From Chrysomallon squamiferum (Eukaryota > Animalia > Mollusca): 64,000 bases of DNA. The notes beneath the pieces are model-generated. The model was not told the DNA's origin, searched no databases, and saw only the letters and a program-made list of their open reading frames with translations. The stretch covers positions 25,916,001 to 25,980,000 of the forward strand of contig CM022673.1 in assembly GCA_012295275.1 (NCBI GenBank). The letters run 5' to 3'. Shown piece by piece: positions 54,301-64,000 of this stretch (positions are counted from its first letter, which is position 1; each line of letters opens with the position of its first letter). Position numbers and translations under genes: made by a program.

Positions 54301-57300
54301 ATTTTATTAATGGTAACTATAAACATCTATTAAGCCATGCAGAGTATTATTAATGGTTTTTAAAGCTCTATTACGACTTTTGTCAGCTAAATCTACATTT
54401 CGTGTTTCTTTTCAGTTTTAACATATTGCATCATTGATTGCTTCACTATCTATAGTTAATCAATAACAAAACTAACATTGTCTGGGATTTCTTTTTGTAC
54501 GTGGCAGACTTTTCACTTTATGAAATTAATTATATGAAGTTTTGTTACTGAAACTTGAAGTTTTAAAAATATCAGTTAACTGGCATGCATCATCTGTAGG
54601 AAGTTTACCTCAGTATAATCATGAAAATACTTATTTACTTTAAAAAAAACTAACTCCAAATGTTTGCAAGGACACAAAGACTATCCATTTCAGTTAATAT
54701 CCAAAAGGTAAGTGTACGAAAAATATTTCTACAATTCTTCTTTTGCTGAAAATATTCGTGACCACCATAATCAAAATATTATTAAATAGTAACTGTTATT
54801 TATTATTTTAAAATAAAAAGGGAAAAAAATACAAAATAATCTTCCACTTGTTACGAGTAGTCAACATAATGTTAGTAAATATGGAACACCTCACTGTCAG
54901 ATTCCTCAGCATAATGACCATTACGTAACTATTTCTGTTTTCATTCATTTTCTGTTTGATATTTTAATATTTTCAAAACAGTTTCTCTGAATTCTTTCTC
55001 ATTGCACCACATGCATCTATTTCAAAACATTAAAAAGGTATAAATGTAATAAAACTAGAGTTCTGTAACAAAAAACTGTTACACGTTGGGAGTCCATTAT
55101 TAGGCAAATGAACACTCAATTGAATGTAATTATTGCTCACTGTAAAGCCTATGACGTGTGTGTGTGGGCATGTGTAATTATAACTATGCTTAATATGCTG
55201 TATTAATTACAAAGCTCTTGTAAAAAAAAAAAAAAAAAAAGAGGATGATTTTGAATTAATGGCTGATGAATTTCAAAAATCTGCAAAATGAATGTGAATG
55301 ATGGTAAAAAATATGGACATGTATAGAATTTAAACCTCAGTGCTGTTTTTCAATTTAATGGAGAATTAATTTTCTACACATCCATATTTTTTGTAGTCTA
55401 CGCACTCCATTTCAACTCTTTTACAAATTACACATGCATGTAAGCATGCACATGCACACACCCACACACACAAGCTTGAATGCTTATGCATACACACAGT
55501 TCATGAATTTAAAAACACTAGCCAGTTGAAGTTGTATCACAGGCAGCCATAATCATCAGTAAAAAAGCCCTGACAATGAATTAAAACTTTAATGCTTTAA
55601 TCTTCTTTTATGTTCCTTTTGACGATTCTTAGTAGTGTTTTCCATTACTCCTTTTTGTTCAAACATTTTGCAGAGATTATATATCATAATTAAATTATTT
55701 CATACATGTAACACTGAAACATTCATTAAACATTTTAAAATTGGTTGGTTATGATAACATATTAAATGAAATTTAAAACCGAAGTTATTTTTACAATACA
55801 AACTATTAATTATCTTTATTTTTTTTATGGCAGTACAATTAGCCCTCTACATGTAAGAATGGTGTAAATATTAAAATTAATTCTTATGGCTGTAAAATCA
55901 CATTAATGTCAGTTTCAGTAAGGAAAATTCACTATGCCAATATAATCAATCACTTAAAACAATGTAATTTTAAATAACCATGTCTCACAAAAACAGATTG
56001 TGTTACCAAATCATTTGTTTATAAACGTTTATGGTTAAAAATACCCTGGTTGAAATTTTCATACAGTTATACAATAAACTGCTTCTCCCATCCATAAAAT
56101 ACATTCACCATAAATCTGCCATTTCATTTCTCCAGATTAACACAGACAAAACACATATGTTTAATTAAACAAAATTACTATTTTCCTTTGAACTGCAAAT
56201 GTAATAAAACGTTATTATAGATGGTTATTTTAATTAACCAATTACAAATAAATATACGTATCTACACTGGAAAACAGTTTCAGAAACTTGGGAAATGTAA
56301 CTAATGCCTCTGTCATGTTGACTGCTACCGAAAAGGTAGCCAATCTGTTTATACACCAATTTAGTTTTATTTAAATCCAGCACGGACATGAACAGTATTT
56401 TTAAAATTATTATTCCACTGCTAAATCAGATAAGTCACACCAGCTTGGATTTGCTTTCTCAAAAATGTAATTTTGTACAATAGGCAGGGTATGCTGTTTT
56501 TGCTGGATCACAAGAACCCACCAACTTCAATCACCAAATGCTTGCTCACCAAAATGTGCAAGCTGAACCCATTTGGTACATAATTTTGTTAGTTCAGTCA
56601 TTCAACATAATTTGGTAATTTATATTTCATAAACACTGCATCGTAACAGTTTTCTTTTTTGATGTGGCTGACACAAATTAGAGCTCTATTTGGATTTCAA
56701 ACAATTGTAATTTTTGTCCTCCTGATGCTGAGCCTCACAGTGTCCCTACAATACAGGCACCACTGTATTTGCAAAATAATAATTCTCATCAGTCAGAATA
56801 ATTTAATACTAATTTTCACTCTCCATATTAATTAATTTTATTTATTTATTATTTTTTTTTTTATCTCTCTCTTTCTCTCTATATATTTATATCATCTTGT
56901 TTTGATGGTGTGTTTTTTAATACTGAAATCAATTACTGTATGTACTTGTGTATAAGTCGAATTTTTGGGAGATTATATTAAGGTAATATTTTGGGGGTCG
57001 ACTTATACATAGGTAATGCTTTTGTAGCTGTTGCTGAAGAGTCGCCATTTTGACTATTTTTTGCTATGGGATGCATCTAAAATAATCGCGGTCTTTCAGC
57101 TTTTCAAAAATATAATTTTATCGTATAAAAATTTTTGAAAAATTAAATAACAAAACCAAATGTGAATGTAAAACATGATATTCTTCCGTTTAATGACATA
57201 AAAATACATTTTAAAGCGAGAAAACCGTCAGTATGGCATTATGCCTTACGGCGTCTTGCAATGATCTAGGAATGCAGACTTCTCTGCCAAATTGCACTAA

Positions 57301-60300
57301 ATATCGGACCTAATTTCATAAACAAAACTCACTTGTTTAACTGTAAAGAATTTGGTGAAATAATATTGCAATCATCATTAATATCCACTACCGACAAATT
57401 TTGTAAATCATAGAACGGCTAAATATAACGGTAAGTTAGGTCTCCATTTTAGACCTATTACATTAAAGAGATACTATTTATGATACATTTAGGCTATAGC
57501 TCGTGTAATACATGCATTTATGTTATTATGGTATGTTCGTGCAAGTTACAGCTCCTGCAAGTTATATTACAGTAGGTGTACAATGTAGGCCTTCATGGCA
57601 CTGTCACACTGGTCTAAAAATAGTGACAGTGCCTGGAATCTACAGTCGACTTATACACAAATAATACCTAAAATGACGCAATTTTTGGTCTTAAAATACA
57701 CATCGACTTGTACATAAGGTCGCCTTGTACACAAGTATATACGGTATTGTACATACAGAAATGGTCAAAAGGAATCAAATTAAATTTGGTGTTTCTATAA
57801 CTTGTTTGCAGAGACAGGTAACATTAGTAGTTTAAGGAGCAAATATTTTCTCCCACAGGCAAAGTCCAGTTTTGAGGCCTACAGCCTTTTTACCAGTCAT
57901 GGATAAAGTAACAAATACATTGTAATTAGTCTAATTCAAAAACAGATTGGTTAGATAAAGTTGACAAAAGGAGATGGGAATCTTACAGAGATGATATATA
58001 TCAACAAAAGGGATTAGCTGAAATCCTTTCCATTAAAATGTTTTGTACAGACTCTTTAAACCAGTTAATTATCTGAAAAACTAAATAGATTATCTATCTA
58101 CATCTGACGTCAGCATTAGTATATATATATATATTACAATGCACACTTCAAGAAAGTTTTGTTAATAATCTAAATGGACCAAAAGAAATCGGTGAAGAAC
58201 TTGTTTGGCCAAACATTTCAGTTATCTGACTGAGACTTGATAGCAATAATTTAAGAAATGGATATTCCATCAGTTTCAGATATATATATATACAAATGAA
58301 AAAGGGTTTTTTTTTTTTAAATTATTCTTATAAAAGAATACAAAGTAAATGTTGATTATTGCCCTGGTCCAGCAGGTTGTTGAACATTGTCAGTTCATCA
58401 AAATTTAATCAATATGTCAATAAAAAAAAAAAAAAAAAAAAAATCCTTTCAAGAAGTTCCTTTTAAAAAACAACAAAACTTCAAAATTTCTAAAATTTTG
58501 CCCACTATGAACCAAATAGCTGTACCAAAACTCAATATTAAGCCCTTTAATCGTTTGTAATATTCATAAAGCACCTTCCCTTGAGGCTAAACTCCCTTGA
58601 GGCTGTCTGCGGCTGACAGATTTATTGAACTGATGTGCCTCTTACCAACTCACTGACATGATACACTTGAGGTGACACATGATACCAGCACATTTGCATA
58701 AATATTTCAGAAAGCTTTTCTTGTCTCTTTCTTTTCTCTTTCCTCTCTAATTTAGCAGAAGAAATATTTATTTAATGATACATTTCATTTAAAAAGGCTG
58801 TTCGGCTCACTAGTTTTTGTTACTGCAATAAGTATCTACTCTAGTGTTGAAAAATTACAAAGACAATTTTCCTAAAATTTACATCAATTTTTTTTTTTTT
58901 TAGACTATTTGCAGTTCTCCTTGTTGTAATAAATTAATTTCAACATTTACATTAACAGTACTTAATCTCAATTTGTTAATTCCACGGAAACAGTTTTTGT
59001 TCGGCATGTATGCTGTAGGTAGAGGAATGACTCAAACCATTGATAAATAAGCAGGCTCTTGCAACAAGTATAAAGTACTTTATGGCAGCTACAATCAATA
59101 GGCAGTATTAACAGCTGTTTCATGCTGGGACACTTAATTGGCTTATTATAGCTGGTACACTTCCACTCCATAAGGATTTTTCTTTTCAATAATCAGTCTG
59201 GTTGCTCAGTTCTGAAAGGTGTTGCTATGGCCACTGAGTCAACATTTGACAGTTAATCATAACAGCTGCTGAAGTATCGAAGAACCATACCTGAGGTAAT
59301 ATTTTAATTTGTATTAATATGTACGCACGTAACACTTAAATACAATCAGCTGGATTTCTCTTCTCTGTGCTTAATATTTACAAGTTCATCCTTACTGTTT
59401 ACAATGATTAATATTACTTGAAAGTAATAAGTAAGAATGATTAAGTAATAACATTTGAAAATGTACTAAATATGTTGTCAAAAACAATGAGAGAATGGTA
59501 ATAAATTAGCTCTGGATTAAAACATTTCTAAAGCATGGTAAAGTCATTGGAAATAATATATATTTTTTTTAATGAAAACCTTTTGTTTTTCTTCTTCTGC
59601 AGAATTAAATTAATGAATGAACACCTGTTTTGAAATTGGGCACACAGGAGTTTAACATAAATAGCAGCACAACTCTGATAAGTGTAAACAAGAGAAAAAG
59701 AAATCACTGGTGCTGGAATTTGCCAATGTTCAGCGCAAATACCATGGCAAAAAAAAAAAGTCTAGATGAATGAAGTACTCAATAGCTTGTCTGATTACTG
59801 CAGATAAACATTCCAGAGTTTCTGTTGTGCATTTGAGCTGTAGTATGTGGCGTAACTTGCACCTGAAATAATCACTCTGCAGTCTCCAACATTTCCGACA
59901 ATCCAACAAGGAGAAAACTTATAACAAAGCTACAGTTGTGGTTTAAGTGGAAACCAAGAAAATTAATCTTCACAAGCAAAATAAACCCCCAGAAACAGCC
60001 TGAGTAATGTGTCAAAAGTATGTCACAAGAATAATAAAGAGTCTACAAAGTTAAGTTGTTGGATGATTGTAAAAAAGTAAATAGTTTGGATTTTAAAACA
60101 GCACAGCTTCTTTGTAATTTATGAAGTTCTAATTGTGATATTTGGAATATTTCTTCTTCTGAATACAACCGGTGCCTGTAAGGATAATGTATGCAAGTCG
60201 AGGTGGTGGACTTCCTATGTTTTACTGGGGTGATGAGGTGAGTTAACATGTGCGAGATTCAATTAGTATCTGTAACTCATTATTTTCTGTTTGTTACAGG

Positions 60301-61612
60301 AAACATTTTTCACCAATTTTAATTAAACCAAAGCTATTAGTTTAATTTTATTTATTTATTTATTTATTTATTTTTATGAAACTGCTGTCCTTTTAATTGG
60401 GGTAAACATTAAAAATGTGACAATTAAATCATATTATCTCCATTATCCATGTTACTGAATAGAAACAATATGGCCATGTTCGTGTGCATCTGGAAAACAA
60501 CTCCACATCCCACATAGTCGTTATCAGCCATGAAATAAACTGTGTTGCCTTGCAATACATATTTAATTTCATCAGCGAACACCTGTTTACCCAGCATAGA
60601 ATGAACAAACAAAAAAAAAAAAAAAACACCAAAAAAACCCCAGCCCGCTCTTAATATTTAATATGCATTGGGATTTCTTGTCACAATATATTTATTTTGG
60701 GATAGAGTATGCTCATACATCCTTTAATTAAACAGAATGATATATTAACATGCAGGATCACTATCAGAAGATGGCCAGATCTAAAAATAGCTAAACTGAC
60801 CCAGATATTAATGTCATTGTTGAAGGTATCTCTGACAGTTTACCTTGCAAGAACTGCAGCCTGCTGGTTAGAGAACAACAAGCCTGACTGCAAAAGTTAA
60901 TCTTATTTCAGACTATTTTACAATTCTAGACATGACTGGTAATCCAAGTCATTGGGAAGGTGCATATAAAAATGTATTTGCTACTAATAGAGAACATTTT
61001 TATTACCACCGTGGGTTTTATCTTACAAGCGACACACCTGAAATATCAAATACCTGACTGGAAGAAAGAAAATTAATCAATACAACTGTAGAGTTTTGTT
61101 AAATAAACAAAGTTTAATCTCTTCTTTTTTTATTCTTTCTTTCTTTCTTTCTTTAAAAATTTCTGAAATTCGGAATAAATCATTGAAAATTTGCTTTCAT
61201 AGTATCTACAAATCAAAACGCAAGGTTTATCATTGTAAAAACTGAAAATATTATGTAAAGTTATTTGCACTCTTTCAAAAAAATTGTGCAGAAATTAGGC
61301 CGCTGATTTCAACTTGAAAGAAAGTTATCTTTCCACATGTGCGAATGTAATTTTTGCCAAAATCGCTGTGAAATGAATCAATCAAGCTGTATTCCACTTT
61401 TATTTCCTCATTTTATGTTATTTATCTAAGTTGATAGTGTCAAAAAAGAAATCTATAAAACAGACAAAAAATAATCTGATGGAATTGCCAGAGGCAAGGT
61501 GTTTAGAGAGAGAGAGAAAAAAAAAAAAAAAAAAAAAAAAGATAAAAAGGGTGTGTGTATTATTTTTTTTTTTTTTTTTTTTTCCTTTTGAACTTATGTT
61601 TGAGACAGTCAG

Positions 61613-61643
<31 letters not shown>

Positions 61644-61969
61644 AGAGTGGGGAAAAAAATGTCTTTTTAAATATTACTCTTAGTGCCCAAAATGTCTTGC
61701 ATTTATACTATGTAGGTCAGAATGTTTGGTTTAACTGTCAAGTTCCATAAACCCATCTTGTTAGCTATTTCATACTAATGTATGTCAGATATATTTAGAA
61801 TTTTTTTTTGATTTTTTTTTTATCTAGTCAACTGAAGGAATGGATTTAACAAATTTAAGAGCTTTTCTAAAGAAAAACTTTTTTTTTTTTAAATACCAAC
61901 TAAGAACATTAGGGATTCTATCATTAATTAACAAAAAATTTAAAATACATCTTCATTTCTTAGAGACAT

Positions 61970-62048
<79 letters not shown>

Positions 62049-62130
62049 AGATGATGATGAAACATACCTTTTTAATTGGCCCATAGACTTCAAATTCTCT
62101 TCTCAGTTTTGATTCACTTGTGTCGTAATT
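46396..62130 (-). CDS. SNRNP70: U1 small nuclear ribonucleoprotein 70 kDa, 3' exons (5' exons lie beyond the right edge of the window)
   Basis: Exons 62068-62130 ([21 protein letters not shown]), 53965-54046 ([27 protein letters not shown]; RNP1), 48012-48113 ([33 protein letters not shown]), 47594-47678 ([16 protein letters not shown]), 47127-47278 and 46396-46763 (RS/RD-rich domain, acidic tail, TGA). Splice phases are consistent throughout. Confidence 0.96.
48977..50104 (-). promoter_or_regulatory. Cluster of intronic 5' splice-site (U1 snRNA-binding) motifs and a candidate poison exon in SNRNP70
   Basis: ACTTACCA (- strand TG|GTAAGT) at 49104, 49118, 49759, 49798 and 50098, CTTACCA at 49610, and a triple donor TG|GTAG|GTAGGGAC|GTAAGT at 48977-48995. 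Confidence 0.7.
56936..57744. mobile_element. Non-autonomous Tc1/mariner-superfamily (Tc2/pogo-like) element, about 809 bp, in an SNRNP70 intron
   Basis: Terminal inverted repeats: left ctgtatgtacttgtgtataagtcga versus the reverse complement of the right end ccgtatatacttgtgtacaaggcga. TA flanks both ends (56934-35 and 57745-46). Subterminal gtcgacttatac repeats are present and there is no transposase ORF. Confidence 0.85.
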
Positions 62131-62695
62131 TCAAAAAAAAAAAAAAAAACTTAATTATAATAAACTTTCATAGATACCATGTTATATTCAAATTAAAAAT
62201 GTAAAACAAGAAAATTTATGAAATGACAATTTCAATATAATAAAAAAAACAAAAAAAACACCCCAAAAACCAACTAAGTATATCTAAAAGGAATTCAAGT
62301 AATTTTATAGCAAATTGTTTTCTTGCTGTTAGAAATTACTTCTGTATTAGTATTTGGAAAGTATTGCTGTTTTTCTGACCTTTCTTTAAAAAAGGAGCAA
62401 ATGTATAATTTAAAAAAAAAAAAAAAAAATTACTGTGAAAATGAAAACAGCTGAATTTAGCATATGTGAATTTCAGGTCAAGAAAATTGGTGTCTCCAAG
62501 TTATATTATGACATTTGTATTTTTTTTTAAACATCTTCTGCATTTAACATTACAAAACCCAACAGTAAATTCAATTAAGTATCTATCTCTTTGGGTTTTT
62601 GTAAAAATGGAAAATCTAACTTACACCAAAAGTTGATGAAAAAAAAAAAAATAAAAAAAAAAAAAGATTTAAAAGAAAAAAAAAAAAAAAATAAA

Positions 62696-62746
<51 letters not shown>

Positions 62747-63099
62747 AAAAAAGGTAAATTACATGAAATGAATGTTAATTAAGGAAATGTTTAAGAAGAA
62801 TTAAAGAAAAAGCTGCTTTACAGTCTAAGCTCTGAATGTTTTCTAAGCACTTCTAAATATGTCTTTGTGCATGGGTGAAACAACCACACTGTAAAATCGG
62901 GGGTAAGCTTATTTCTCTTAGGCATGTTTCACATTCAAAGTATTATTTACAAGACAGAAGGAAAATACATTTATTCTGAACTCTAATTTTAAAATAAAAA
63001 AGAATATGCAAGATTACTTTTTAAAAATAATAAATAGAAAATAATCTTTTTTTTTTGTTGTTTTTGGGGGTTCTTTTTTTTAAATTATATATTCAAGCA

Positions 63100-63150
<51 letters not shown>

Positions 63151-64000
63151 TGTTTACCCAAACATGCAAGCTGGTATATATTCACTGACAAATGTTGACT
63201 GTAATTCTATCCTGGCGCTACTGGTGGGCTATGTGTAGATGATGCCAAGACATTAATTTAAGCTCATATAACAAAAGAGAAGTCACACTGACCTCTAGTG
63301 ATGTTGTAATTGTGTTTTATTGTTGTTGTTACCGTAAATTTCAAACATTTTCTCTTTTTTTTTATTTCTTTAACATAATAATTTTTTTTTAAATAAAGAA
63401 AAATTCATCTATGATCATCCATTATTAGATGTGGATGAAATGAACAGTCGTTTAACAGTGCAAGTACAAGATCACGAATTACCCTTCTGTCTTTAAAAGT
63501 AACAACTACGATTTAATTTGTATTCTGAATTTTAATCAGGTAATAATAATAATAATAATAATTTTGAAAGCCACCTATATCTAAAAATTTATTAGATCAA
63601 ACCATTTCATTAAATAAGCTAAATTTAACATAATATAAATGAACTAAAATAAACTCAGTGATGTAATTTTATCAATAAATCATTCAGAATGGGTCAGTAG
63701 TTAATGAACCATGCCAGTGATTTTCTTTGTCATTATTTTTGATAATAAAAAAAAGAATGAATAATGTACCTAATTGTATTTACCAACTTTTGAGAGCACA
63801 GTCAATAATATAACATTTGTGCAGTGGTCTACTATTCACTGGAAAACCTAGTAACTAACACTTTCGTGAAAATTGAGATATAAACATTTTTGGAGTTGTT
63901 ATGTTTTTACCAAATTAATGATGTGCTTAAAAAAATCTTAGATTAAAATTGAATTTGTTTCATGATAAATTTTTCCTTTGTGAATCTGCTGCAAATCATA

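Noticed and set aside
48114-62067. Intronic snoRNA or tRNA genes in the long SNRNP70 introns
   Set aside because: I found no convincing box C/D pair with a terminal stem and no tRNA cloverleaf by eye. An Infernal/Rfam scan would be needed to exclude them.
63470-63478. GATCACGAA, matching the U1 snRNA stem-loop I loop bound by U1-70K
   Set aside because: It is on the + strand, antisense to the SNRNP70 pre-mRNA, and has no flanking stem.

Overview
AT-rich, microsatellite-rich, intron-containing animal genomic DNA. It is probably lophotrochozoan or gastropod-like (my inference from gene and repeat style), so prokaryotic feature types do not apply. Six spliced protein-coding genes can be built by hand from GT-AG exon boundaries: the 5' part of GNS (N-acetylglucosamine-6-sulfatase, - strand), a divergent Shaw/Kv3-like potassium channel (+), an SLC26/prestin-family anion transporter with a single coding exon (-), a meiotic HORMAD with an internal PHD plus winged-helix module (-), ROPN1L (+) and the 3' part of SNRNP70/U1-70K (-). 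The most striking unexplained structure is in the SNRNP70 intron at 48114-53964. It holds a dense array of TG|GTAAGT U1-binding sites, a candidate poison exon with three closely spaced donors, and two micro-exon-like cassettes. Together these suggest an invertebrate version of U1 snRNP self-regulation. The Kv and SLC26 proteins both carry substitutions at key functional residues. Coordinates were read by eye and may be off by a few bases. No database searches were run.
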